Shown here: one piece after another, positions 10,208 to 19,018 of the stretch
Position numbering within the stretch: the first letter of the stretch is position 1
How the letters are laid out: each line of letters begins with the position of its first letter
NCBI GenBank assembly: GCA_039811325.1
Contig: JBDHYH010000004.1
Span: forward strand, 2,636 to 66,635
Source: Chitinophagaceae bacterium
GTDB lineage: Bacteria > Bacteroidota > Bacteroidia > Chitinophagales > Chitinophagaceae
DNA: 64,000 nt
Direction: 5' to 3'
Program-made: the position numbers and the translations under genes
Notes under the pieces: generated by a model
The model's database searches: none
The model's input: the letters and a program-made list of their open reading frames with translations, nothing else
What the model was told of the DNA's origin: nothing

Positions 10208-11542
10208 ATGAAAAAATTTTCCTTGTTCATGCTCCTGGCCGTCCTTTCAATTGGGGCATTCAGCCAGTCAAATGATTACAAGAAAGGAAAAGCATTAGGG
10301 CTTAGCTTTTTCCTGAATGATTTTAAGGCTGCTTCTGTTCTTCGTACAAACGGGGTTGTTGAATTGTTTAAGAATAAAAACTTCTTCAACACCAATAATA
10401 TGAATCCGGGTATTGCGGTAAATTACTACCAGGGCCTGTCAAAACATATTGATTTTGCAGCAAGCCTCGGGGGTAGTTTTCTTGATTATCCCATTAATAA
10501 CATGCCTGCCTTCAATGCAGACAATTTCTACCTTGAAGCTACAGGCCAGGTCAATTTGAAATTGCTCAGCGATTACTATTGGGTTACCCCTTATATAGAC
10601 CTTGGAGTAGGAGCCAGCAAATACCTGAGTAACTATGCCGCCTTTATTCCTACAGGCGTGGGTATCCAGGTGAATTTTCTGGATGCGGCTTACCTGACTA
10701 TCAACTCACAATACAGAATTCCTGTTACAGAAAGAGCCAGTTACCATTTCTATCACAGCATTGGGATTGCAGGAACCATTTCGCAAAAGAAAGAAGTAGC
10801 TCCGAAAGTAGTTGAAATCCCCAAACCGGTAGTTTTGGACAGGGATCATGATGGTGTAGTTGATTCTTTGGATAAATGCCCGGATGTACCAGGAGTAGCA
10901 GCGCTCAACGGATGCCCGGACAGAGATGGAGATGGCATCGCTGATGCTGATGATAAATGCCCTGATGTGCCAGGTCTCGCAAAATACCAGGGTTGCCCGA
11001 TTCCGGATACTGATAAAGATGGTATCAATGATGAAGAAGATAAATGCCCCAATGTTCCGGGTGTAGCTCGTTATCAGGGCTGCCCTGTTCCCGATTCAGA
11101 TGGTGATGGTGTGAATGATGAAGAAGATAAATGCCCTCATGAAGCAGGCCCTGCCTCCAACTTTGGTTGCCCTGTGATTGACGTGAAGATTGTGGAAAAG
11201 GTAAATAAGGCAGCGCAGAATATTTTCTTCAGCACTGCTAGCTACAAATTATTAGCTAAATCTTTCAAATCTTTGAATGAAGTAGTTCAGGTAATGAAAG
11301 AAAATCCCACCTATAAGATAGCTATTGACGGGTACACAGACAATACAGGAAATGCTGACAAGAATCAGACGCTTTCTGAAAACCGCGCTAATTCTGTAAA
11401 AGAATATTTAGTGAAAAACGGAATCGATGAAAGCCGTATCACCTCTACAGGTCATGGTATCAATGATCCGATTGCTGACAATAAAACTGCAGCAGGACGT
11501 GCCAAGAACCGTCGTGTAGAAATGAAGTTGACGAATTATTAA
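10208..11542 (+). CDS. OmpA family protein with thrombospondin type-3 repeats
   Basis: Signal peptide, beta-barrel N-terminus, four DxDxDGxxDxxDKCP repeats, C-terminal GYTDNTG...LSENRA...GRAKNRRVE. Confidence 0.95.
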   Translation: MKKFSLFMLLAVLSIGAFSQSNDYKKGKALGLSFFLNDFKAASVLRTNGVVELFKNKNFFNTNNMNPGIAVNYYQGLSKHIDFAASLGGSFLDYPINNMPAFNADNFYLEATGQVNLKLLSDYYWVTPYIDLGVGASKYLSNYAAFIPTGVGIQVNFLDAAYLTINSQYRIPVTERASYHFYHSIGIAGTISQKKEVAPKVVEIPKPVVLDRDHDGVVDSLDKCPDVPGVAALNGCPDRDGDGIADADDKCPDVPGLAKYQGCPIPDTDKDGINDEEDKCPNVPGVARYQGCPVPDSDGDGVNDEEDKCPHEAGPASNFGCPVIDVKIVEKVNKAAQNIFFSTASYKLLAKSFKSLNEVVQVMKENPTYKIAIDGYTDNTGNADKNQTLSENRANSVKEYLVKNGIDESRITSTGHGINDPIADNKTAAGRAKNRRVEMKLTNY

Positions 11543-11565
11543 TCATCTTATCTTTTAGAAATTAT

Positions 11566-11599
11566 AGAGGTTGTCCTGATAGACAGCCTCTTTTCTTTT
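11566..11599 (+). terminator. Intrinsic terminator after ompA
   Basis: AGAGGTTGTC-loop-GACAGCCTCT followed by T-tract. Confidence 0.8.
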
Positions 11600-11674
11600 G
11601 AGGGAGGATTTGCCATCCTGCATGCAAGTTTTTGATATTCCATTAATTTTACTGCTTTACATTTTTAAATATTA

Positions 11675-13165
11675 ATGACAAGAATGAAACTGCTATTTCC
11701 TCTGTTTCTCCTGATGACGTTAAAGCTTTCTGCACAATCAGAGAAAGTCCAAAATCGCATTTCTATGAACGAATATTCAATATTTCAAAAAGTAAAGGCA
11801 ATGGGTACAGAGGTACCCCACTCAATTAAGAGTACAAATTTTGAATCTGAAATTCGCATCAACAATCTGGACACCGGCATAGCCCCAAACAGGGTATTGC
11901 CTGTTGCCACTCCTGAATCACAGGGTTTGAATGGAGCTCAAATAACGAAGGAAATAGATTCCATTGCTCAACTCGGCATTGAAAAGAGAGCCTATCCGGG
12001 TTGTGTCGTTCTGGTGATGAGAAATGGAAAGATTGTTTTCGAGAAGGCTTATGGCACGTATAACTATGATACACCGGAGCCTGTAACAATCAAAACGATT
12101 TTTGATATGGCTTCAGTTACCAAAATTTGTGCTACCACATTAAGTGTAATGAAATTAGTGGATGAAGGAAAGCTGCGTCTTGACAAATCTCTTGGTAGCT
12201 ATTTGCCCTGGGTTAGGAATAGTGATAAAGCAGATTTGAATATTGAGAAAATTTTGCTTCATGAAGCAAGGCTCGTGCCTGATGTTGTGTTTTATAAAAA
12301 AACCATCGATTCAGTAACGAAATTGCCTTCTACAGAATATTTCCGGCACGACTCATCTGCTGCATTTGGTGTTCGGGTAGCAGCACACTTGTATTTGCGA
12401 AGTGATTATTGGAAAACCATGAATCAAAGTATTGTAGATAGTAAACTGCTTGCTCCCAACAAATATGTTTACAGTGATAACGACTTTATTTTTATGGGTG
12501 ATATTGTAGAAGCTATTTCAGGTTTGAGAATAGATCAATATGCTGATAAATATTTTTACAAACCGATGGGATTGACTTCTATCGGATTTAATCCACGCAA
12601 CCGGTTTGATACTAACCTGATTGCTCCTACAGAAATGGATACCTATTTCAGGCATCAGCATTTGAGAGGAGATGTACATGATGAAGGAAGCGCCATGTTT
12701 GGTGGTGTTGCCGGACATGCGGGTTTGTTCAGTGATGCTGAAGATATTGCTGCTGTATTACAAATGTTTTTGAATGGAGGTTCACTAAATGGCAAACAAT
12801 ATATTAAACCTGAAACGTTGACTTTGTTTTCTGCATATAACAGCAGCATTAGCAGGCGGGGAATCGGGTTTGACAAACCTCAGAAGGATAATTTTACTAC
12901 TACCGATCCACATCCATATCCTTCAAGATTTGCTTCACCACTCACTTTCGGACACACTGGTTATACCGGTACCAATGTGTGGGTAGATCCGAAATACAAT
13001 TTGGTATATGTATTTCTCAGCAACCGGGTAAATCCTTCGAGGAGTAATAAACTCTATGAATACAATATAAGAGGAGGAATTCTTGATGTCGTTTACAAAT
13101 CGATGGTACCCGCAATTCCTGAGGTATTGAAGAGGGCAACAATGGTGAAAGATAGTCAGAAATAA
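11675..13165 (+). CDS. Serine hydrolase, beta-lactamase/AmpC-like family, secreted
   Basis: FDMASVTK (SxxK), YVYSD, GVAGHAGLFS, FGHTGYTGT, LSNRV. Confidence 0.9.
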   Translation: MTRMKLLFPLFLLMTLKLSAQSEKVQNRISMNEYSIFQKVKAMGTEVPHSIKSTNFESEIRINNLDTGIAPNRVLPVATPESQGLNGAQITKEIDSIAQLGIEKRAYPGCVVLVMRNGKIVFEKAYGTYNYDTPEPVTIKTIFDMASVTKICATTLSVMKLVDEGKLRLDKSLGSYLPWVRNSDKADLNIEKILLHEARLVPDVVFYKKTIDSVTKLPSTEYFRHDSSAAFGVRVAAHLYLRSDYWKTMNQSIVDSKLLAPNKYVYSDNDFIFMGDIVEAISGLRIDQYADKYFYKPMGLTSIGFNPRNRFDTNLIAPTEMDTYFRHQHLRGDVHDEGSAMFGGVAGHAGLFSDAEDIAAVLQMFLNGGSLNGKQYIKPETLTLFSAYNSSISRRGIGFDKPQKDNFTTTDPHPYPSRFASPLTFGHTGYTGTNVWVDPKYNLVYVFLSNRVNPSRSNKLYEYNIRGGILDVVYKSMVPAIPEVLKRATMVKDSQK

Positions 13166-13183
13166 AGCCTGGCTGAGGTATTA

Positions 13184-14521
13184 CTAAAACTGCAATGTAA
13201 ATACCGTTCCCTTGCCTTCTTCACTTGCTACGAGTAAATTGCCATGGTGTGCTCTCATGATTTGCCTGCACAGGCTTAAACCGATACCGCTTCCGTTTTT
13301 TCGTGTAGTAAAAAATGGGATAAATATTTTTTCAAGCACTTCCTTCGTCATTCCGATTCCGTTATCACAAACTTTGAGTACTGTTTTATTCTGAACACTA
13401 TCACCGGATAGAGTGATGATTTTTTCATTCTTGTCTTTCACGGCTTCTATCGCATTTACTACAAGGTTAATGAGCACCTGCTCTATCAGCGTATTGTCAG
13501 CGTCGAGTTGAAGCTGCGGGTCTTTCAGTAAAATCTCCATTTCAATTCCCTTTGATTCGAGTGTGGGCCCCATCAGGTTGAAAATATTTTCAAAGAGATC
13601 ACATACATAAAAAGTTTTCACATCCGGTGCTGCTATTTTATTCAGGCTTCGGTAAGTTTCTGCAAACTTCAACAGGCTCTCACTTCTTCTTTTGATAGTA
13701 TCTATCCCGGTGGTTACATCTTCTAAATTGATGGGTTTATCAGGCGTGTCAGCCTTTGAATATGCAAGCCGCTGTTGAAGCGTAGCTGCAAGTGAGGAGA
13801 TAGGTGCCACACTGTTCATGATTTCGTGTGTCATCACGCTCAATAACTTTTTCCATGCTTCACTCTCGGTTTCTTCGACAGCAGTGCTGATGTTTTGAAA
13901 CCCAACTAATACATATTTTTTATCACCAGTCTGAAAGGCGGTGGAAGTAAGCAATAATTTCATTTCCTGCAACCCCAGATAGGTGCTGGCGATTTTACTT
14001 TCTCCCGGCTTTAGGTGTATGATGTCACGAAATAACTCAGGATGCCTTTTCTCAAGGCTTTCCAGTGATTTAAGGTAGGGCAGTTGCAACATTTGTTTAA
14101 GCGATTCATTGATCCAGAGTACCTCATGAGAATCCACATTGTAAGACAGGATACCTGTATCCACCATCTCAAGTATCTTTTGGAGGTATTGGTATTGAGT
14201 TTCCTTGTCCTTGCTTACAGTTCGGAAGGTGTCATTGATTTCGTTGAAACCAAGCCGTAGCGCTTTCAATTCTACAGGCGCTTTTTTTACATTAAAGTGC
14301 CGTGAAAAGTCTTTATACTTAACCGACTCAAGAAAATCGTCGAGCTCTGAATATGCTTTTTTTTGCGAGCGGTATATATAAATCAGTTGAAACAAAGTGA
14401 GTGGCAACAACAGGATTAGAAATTCAAATCGCTTTTGCAATATGCAGAATGCAGTAGCTATCAGGGTCGCAAACAGTATTATGATCCCAACCAGTATTTT
14501 AATCTCAATTTTTCTCAGCAT
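13184..14521 (-). CDS. Sensor histidine kinase with two short TM helices (intramembrane-sensing type)
   Basis: THEIMNS H-box, EQVLINLVVNA N-box, DNGIG, FIPFFTT, GSGIGL; two N-terminal hydrophobic segments separated by only a few residues. Confidence 0.93.
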   Translation of the reverse strand: MLRKIEIKILVGIIILFATLIATAFCILQKRFEFLILLLPLTLFQLIYIYRSQKKAYSELDDFLESVKYKDFSRHFNVKKAPVELKALRLGFNEINDTFRTVSKDKETQYQYLQKILEMVDTGILSYNVDSHEVLWINESLKQMLQLPYLKSLESLEKRHPELFRDIIHLKPGESKIASTYLGLQEMKLLLTSTAFQTGDKKYVLVGFQNISTAVEETESEAWKKLLSVMTHEIMNSVAPISSLAATLQQRLAYSKADTPDKPINLEDVTTGIDTIKRRSESLLKFAETYRSLNKIAAPDVKTFYVCDLFENIFNLMGPTLESKGIEMEILLKDPQLQLDADNTLIEQVLINLVVNAIEAVKDKNEKIITLSGDSVQNKTVLKVCDNGIGMTKEVLEKIFIPFFTTRKNGSGIGLSLCRQIMRAHHGNLLVASEEGKGTVFTLQF

Positions 14522-14544
14522 AAATAGAGAAATTGAATGCTTGA

Positions 14545-15906
14545 TTAAATGTCATATTTGTTTAGCCTTCTGTACAATGCAGTGCGGGTAAGCCCTAATT
14601 CTTTTGCAGCACGGCTGATATTACCATTGTGTTTCTCGATAACTTTAAGAATGGTATTTTTTTCAACAGATTGAAGATTGAGCGGAATACTTTGATGTTC
14701 TGTTGCTGGATCCGGCGCCTTTTCCAGTGGTGAAAAAATAATTTCTTCGGCTGTCAATATATCCTTATCACACATGATCAATGCCCGTTCCATGGCATAT
14801 TGAAGTTCTCTTACATTGCCGGGGAAATGGTAGCGGTATAATTTTTCAACTGCTTTTGAGTCCAATTCCGGTTTTGTTTTTAAGTATTTCTGTGCATACA
14901 CTTCAAGGAATTTATTGGCAAGTAACACAATATCGCCATTACGTTTTCTCAACGGAGGTACCACGATCTCCACGGTATTGATTCTGTAAACGAGGTCTTT
15001 TCTGAACCGGCTTTCATCTGCCAGTTCGCTCATTGGAATATTGGTGGCACATATCAGTCGTATGTCTATATTCATCGGCGTGTTACTACCCAACCTCGTT
15101 ACCTGCCTGTTTTGTAATACACTAAGTAGCTTGGCTTGTTGTTGCAATGTGATGTTTCCGATTTCATCAAGAAAAAGAGTACCGCCATTTGCTGCTTCAA
15201 AGCGGCCCTCGCGATCATCATTCGCACCTGTGAAGGATCCTTTCTTATGGCCAAATAATTCACTTTCAAAGAGCGACTCCGTCAATGCGCCTACGTCAAC
15301 TTTGATGTAAGGCTTTTTTGAGCGCATCGACAGGTTGTGAATGGCTCTTGCTATCAGGTCTTTGCCGGTACCGTTTTCGCCTAATATCAAAATATTGGCA
15401 TCAGTCGGTGCGATTTTTTTTATTTTATAAAAGAGTTCTTCCATCACTTCAGATGCTCCTGCTATTTCATTAAATGCGTTTGACTCTTCAGAGGTCCTTG
15501 GTTTTTGCAATCCTGCTGCACGATCCTTAAGCAGGTCTTTGATGGTATTGATGAGTCTTTCATTGTGCCAGGGTTTTACGATGAAATCGCATGCCCCTTC
15601 TTTGAGCGCACGTACTGCAAGGTCTATATCGCCATAAGCAGTAATCATAATGACACAAGCCTGCGAACCAAATTCCTTTATCTTTTTCAGCCAGTAAATT
15701 CCTTCATTTCCTGTGTTGATCGAACTCTTGAAATTCATATCAAGCAGAATGATATCAAAGTTGTTTTGTGAAAGAAGTGTACGGATATTTTCCGGGTTTT
15801 TTTCGGTAACCACTGCGTGTGCTTCAGTTTTTAAGAGCAACCTGACGGCAGTCAGGATATCCGGGTCATCATCCACCACCAATATACTGGCATTCTTAAG
15901 TACCAT
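14545..15906 (-). CDS. Sigma54-dependent response regulator (NtrC family: REC-AAA+-Fis HTH)
   Basis: VVDDD..LLDM..ITAY..KP receiver; GENGTGKD; ESELFGHKKGSFTGA; LFLDEI; PGNVREL; GNISRAAKELGLTRTALYRRL. Confidence 0.96.
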   Translation of the reverse strand: MVLKNASILVVDDDPDILTAVRLLLKTEAHAVVTEKNPENIRTLLSQNNFDIILLDMNFKSSINTGNEGIYWLKKIKEFGSQACVIMITAYGDIDLAVRALKEGACDFIVKPWHNERLINTIKDLLKDRAAGLQKPRTSEESNAFNEIAGASEVMEELFYKIKKIAPTDANILILGENGTGKDLIARAIHNLSMRSKKPYIKVDVGALTESLFESELFGHKKGSFTGANDDREGRFEAANGGTLFLDEIGNITLQQQAKLLSVLQNRQVTRLGSNTPMNIDIRLICATNIPMSELADESRFRKDLVYRINTVEIVVPPLRKRNGDIVLLANKFLEVYAQKYLKTKPELDSKAVEKLYRYHFPGNVRELQYAMERALIMCDKDILTAEEIIFSPLEKAPDPATEHQSIPLNLQSVEKNTILKVIEKHNGNISRAAKELGLTRTALYRRLNKYDI

Positions 15907-16085
15907 TAATATTCAATTTACTTGTACACAAGATTAAGAAAAAAATAGTTGGTGATTTTTATTATTGAAAATTATTTTATTAGTGGTTGTTATGACTGAT
16001 AGATTTTCCATTGATTACTCCTTAGCATCTTGAAATCATTCTCGAGATGTTTTTAGAATCCTTTCTGCTTGCAGGTAGTACCATC

Positions 16086-16192
16086 TGTTTCAAAAGCGGA
16101 CAGTTCATATTCCAAAAGCGTACACCATGCATGAACAGCGATTTTCTAAATGCATGATTTTCAATAATTCACACCTTGGCACCGAATTGTTA
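16086..16192 (+). promoter_or_regulatory. Putative sigma54 promoter 1: tandem enhancer boxes plus TGGCAC element
   Basis: TGTTTCAAAAGCGGACA (16086-16102), TATTCCAAAAGCGTACA (16108-16124), TGGCACCGAATTGTT at 16177; -12 region non-canonical. Confidence 0.7.
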
Positions 16193-16276
16193 TTGTATTT
16201 GGCACAGGGCAATTAAATAAGTCCTGTAACAAAAACAAATAGAAAAACGTATTTACAACCATTAAAAACAAAAGTC

Positions 16277-16462
16277 ATGAAACTTCAATCAAACACTTTG
16301 TTGCCTTTGCTTTCTAAAGCAAGTGTAGCCCGCCTTACCAGGATCGTAGATGAAACTCCTGATGTGTTATTATCAGAAAACAAAAAATCCGGAATGAGCG
16401 CTGCTGATCTTTGGAAGATACACAGCCAGAAAAGAAATTTTCGGGTGCGCAGGTTTATTTAA
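16277..16462 (+). CDS. Microprotein A (61 aa), paralog of the next ORF
   Basis: A-rich start context (aaaaacaaaagtcATG), lies downstream of promoter 1, aligns with 16498..16680. Confidence 0.75.
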   Translation: MKLQSNTLLPLLSKASVARLTRIVDETPDVLLSENKKSGMSAADLWKIHSQKRNFRVRRFI

Positions 16463-16497
16463 TTCAAATTTCTTTCACCACTAAAAAATTATCAATC

Positions 16498-16680
16498 ATG
16501 AAAACTCAAACAATGTTATTGCAAACTTTAAGCAATGAAGACTTAAAAAATCTGACAACTGTTACAAAGGAAACCCTTGATTCACAAAAAAAGAAAAGTA
16601 CTTCTTTTACGTATGCTGAAATGTTGAATATCCAAAGAAGCAGGCGGGTATTTGCTGCTCACAGGGGCCTGTTAGTATGA
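16498..16680 (+). CDS. Microprotein B (60 aa), paralog of microprotein A
   Basis: MKTQTMLLQTLSNEDLKNLTTVTKETLD...; A-rich start context aaaaaattatcaatcATG; start 16498 rather than 16411. Confidence 0.75.
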   Translation: MKTQTMLLQTLSNEDLKNLTTVTKETLDSQKKKSTSFTYAEMLNIQRSRRVFAAHRGLLV

Positions 16681-16688
16681 AATGGGAA

Positions 16689-16794
16689 TGTATCATTTGC
16701 GTACCAGATTGTATCAAAAGCGAACACTTTTATTTTGTGTCTTTGGCATAAAGGTGCGTAAATCAATCAGTTGGAAAGTGGCATACAGTTTAAT
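16689..16794 (+). promoter_or_regulatory. Putative sigma54 promoter 2: tandem enhancer boxes, IHF-like site, TGGCAT element
   Basis: TGTATCATTTGCGTACC (16689-16705), TGTATCAAAAGCGAACA (16710-16726), AATCAATCAGTTG (16761-16773; matches WATCAANNNNTTR), TGGCATACAGTTTAA at 16779. Confidence 0.7.
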
Positions 16795-16830
16795 TCTTAA
16801 TTTGTGCAACAGATAATAAAGTAAGATTCA

Positions 16831-18087
16831 ATGGACAGAATAATTGAAAAAAAGAAGTGGAGCAGGAAGCGGATACTGACGATTGCAGGTGTGGTAGCAA
16901 TAGTCGGGTTGATACTGGCCAGTTATTTTTTGACTTCCGGAAAAAGCAAACTAAATGTGGATTTGGAAAGAATATCCATTGGGGAAGTGAAAAATGGAAA
17001 CTTTAAGGAATTCATTCCTGTAAACGGAATTGTACTTCCTAAAACAACCATCTATCTTGATGCAGTAGAAGGCGGACGTGTAGAAGAAAAGTATGTCGAG
17101 GATGGGGCTATTATGAAAAAGGGACAGCCAATATTAAGGCTCTCTAACACAGATCTTCAATTGGGATTGGTAACCCAACAGACAAACGTTTACAACCTGC
17201 TTACTCAAATGCAGATTTCAAAAAATGCTGCACAGCAGAACACAGTTTCAAAACTCAACCAGGTAGCTGATGTAGAAAGTGAATTCAAAGAAGCAGAGCG
17301 TGTATATAATTTAGATAAGCAGCTATTTGGGCAGAAGGTGATCGGCTCACAGGAATTCGAAAAAGCAAAAAACAATTATGAGTACTTGCTCAAAAAGAAA
17401 AAGCTGAGTGGACAGATTCTTTCACAAGACTCATCAAGTACAGAGCAACAGTTGCAACAGGCAAGGCAATTGTTTGAAGGTAGCCAGAATGCATTGAAAG
17501 TAATGCAGCAAAAAGTGCAGGACCTCATTGTGCGTGCGCCAATAGATGGACAGTTGACATCGTTGGATGCGGAAGTAGGTCAGTCAAAAAATAAAGGAGA
17601 AAGGCTGGGACAAATAGATGTTTTGGATGGATATAAAGTGAGAGTGGATATAGATGAACATTACATTTCAAGAATTTTTCCCGGACTCACCGGAGAATTC
17701 GATTTCAACAATAAAACTTACCAACTCAAAATAAAAAAAGTGTATAGCCAGGTGGCCAATGGAAAGTTCCAGGTGGATATGGAATTTTCAAGTGATGTAC
17801 CACAGGGAATCCGTCGTGGTCAGTCATTGCAGATAAGATTGGCCTTGAGTGATGAGACCACAGCATTACTGGTACCTAAGGGTGGATTCTATCAACAGAC
17901 GGGAGGTAACTGGATATTCAAATTGAGTAAGGATGGAAAGACTGCCTATAAAGTGGACATTCAGTTAGGCAGGCAGAATCCTGATTATTATGAAGTGCTG
18001 GAAGGGTTAAAGCCTGGTGATAAAGTGATCACGAGCAGCTATGAAAACTTCGGCGACATGCAAGAATTGATACTTAAAAATGATTAA
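16831..18087 (+). CDS. Efflux periplasmic adaptor subunit (HlyD/MacA-like)
   Basis: N-terminal TM anchor, lipoyl half-motifs (EGGRVEEKYVEDG; RAPIDGQL), coiled coil, YEVLEGLKPGDKVI. Confidence 0.93.
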   Translation: MDRIIEKKKWSRKRILTIAGVVAIVGLILASYFLTSGKSKLNVDLERISIGEVKNGNFKEFIPVNGIVLPKTTIYLDAVEGGRVEEKYVEDGAIMKKGQPILRLSNTDLQLGLVTQQTNVYNLLTQMQISKNAAQQNTVSKLNQVADVESEFKEAERVYNLDKQLFGQKVIGSQEFEKAKNNYEYLLKKKKLSGQILSQDSSSTEQQLQQARQLFEGSQNALKVMQQKVQDLIVRAPIDGQLTSLDAEVGQSKNKGERLGQIDVLDGYKVRVDIDEHYISRIFPGLTGEFDFNNKTYQLKIKKVYSQVANGKFQVDMEFSSDVPQGIRRGQSLQIRLALSDETTALLVPKGGFYQQTGGNWIFKLSKDGKTAYKVDIQLGRQNPDYYEVLEGLKPGDKVITSSYENFGDMQELILKND

Positions 18088-18096
18088 AAATTGTTT

Positions 18097-18249
18097 ATGA
18101 AAAGAATAATGATTGTGATAGCAATAACCGCGGTGATGGTTCAATTTTTGGGGACAACACTGGCATACAATTCTGGAAACTGTTGCAAGATTGCTAAGCA
18201 GGAAAAGAATGTGGGTATGCGGTATCTTCCATTCTTTAGTAATATTTAG
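18097..18249 (+). CDS. 50-aa secreted peptide candidate, absent from the ORF track
   Basis: Translated by hand: MKRIMIVIAITAVMVQFLGTTLA|YNSGNCCKIAKQEKNVGMRYLPFFSNI*; fills the gap between adaptor and ATPase; Sec-like signal. Confidence 0.6.
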   Translation: MKRIMIVIAITAVMVQFLGTTLAYNSGNCCKIAKQEKNVGMRYLPFFSNI

Positions 18250-18291
18250 ACGAAAAATATTTTTTGAAAACCAAATACTAAAACAACAAAA

Positions 18292-18969
18292 ATGATAAAG
18301 ATCAACGACCTGGAAAAAGTTTACAGAACGGAAGATGTGGAAACCGTAGCATTGAACAAATTGAGTTTTTCAGTGAACACAGGGGAATTTGTGGCTGTGA
18401 TGGGCCCTTCAGGATGTGGTAAATCTACTTTGCTGAATATCCTCGGATTGTTAGATGAACCGGATGGTGGTAGTTTTCTATTTAACGGCCAGGAGGTAGC
18501 ACACTTCAAAGAAAGGCAGCGGGCCGATCTTAGAAAGAAAAATATCGGGTTTGTGTTCCAGAGTTTTAATCTGATCGATGAACTAACGGTATTTGAGAAC
18601 GTAGAACTTCCACTGATTTATCTTGGTGTAAAATCTGCCGAAAGAAAAGAAAGGGTAGAAGAAGTGCTGAAAAAGATGCAGATCATGCACAGGAGGAATC
18701 ATTATCCCCAGCAGCTATCAGGCGGACAGCAACAACGAGTAGCGGTAGCGCGAGCAGTAGTGAATAAACCAAAGCTCATTCTCGCGGATGAACCTACAGG
18801 AAACCTGGACTCCAGCAATGGTAATGAAGTGATGGAATTATTGACTGATCTAAACGAGCAGGGAACTACCATCATTATGGTTACACACAGTGAACACGAT
18901 GCTAAATACAGTCATCGGATCATCCGCATGCTGGATGGACAAACTGTGACTGAGAATATTCTCGTGTAG
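18292..18969 (+). CDS. ABC transporter ATP-binding protein (MacB/LolD-type)
   Basis: GPSGCGKST, LSGGQQQRVAVARA, ILADEPTGNLD, MVTH. Confidence 0.96.
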   Translation: MIKINDLEKVYRTEDVETVALNKLSFSVNTGEFVAVMGPSGCGKSTLLNILGLLDEPDGGSFLFNGQEVAHFKERQRADLRKKNIGFVFQSFNLIDELTVFENVELPLIYLGVKSAERKERVEEVLKKMQIMHRRNHYPQQLSGGQQQRVAVARAVVNKPKLILADEPTGNLDSSNGNEVMELLTDLNEQGTTIIMVTHSEHDAKYSHRIIRMLDGQTVTENILV

Positions 18970-19018
18970 TGGTTTCTGGTAAGAATAATTATTCTACTTT
19001 TTCAAAATATTATTACAG

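Noticed and set aside
16277-16680. Microproteins as classical RiPP or bacteriocin precursors
   Set aside because: No double-glycine site, no Cys-rich core, and no modifying enzyme or C39 peptidase transporter nearby; kept only as microproteins of unknown function.
16200-16758. Extra TGGCA strings at 16200 and 16744 as sigma54 promoters
   Set aside because: They do not share the 53-bp register with the enhancer pairs; cannot be excluded but are less supported.
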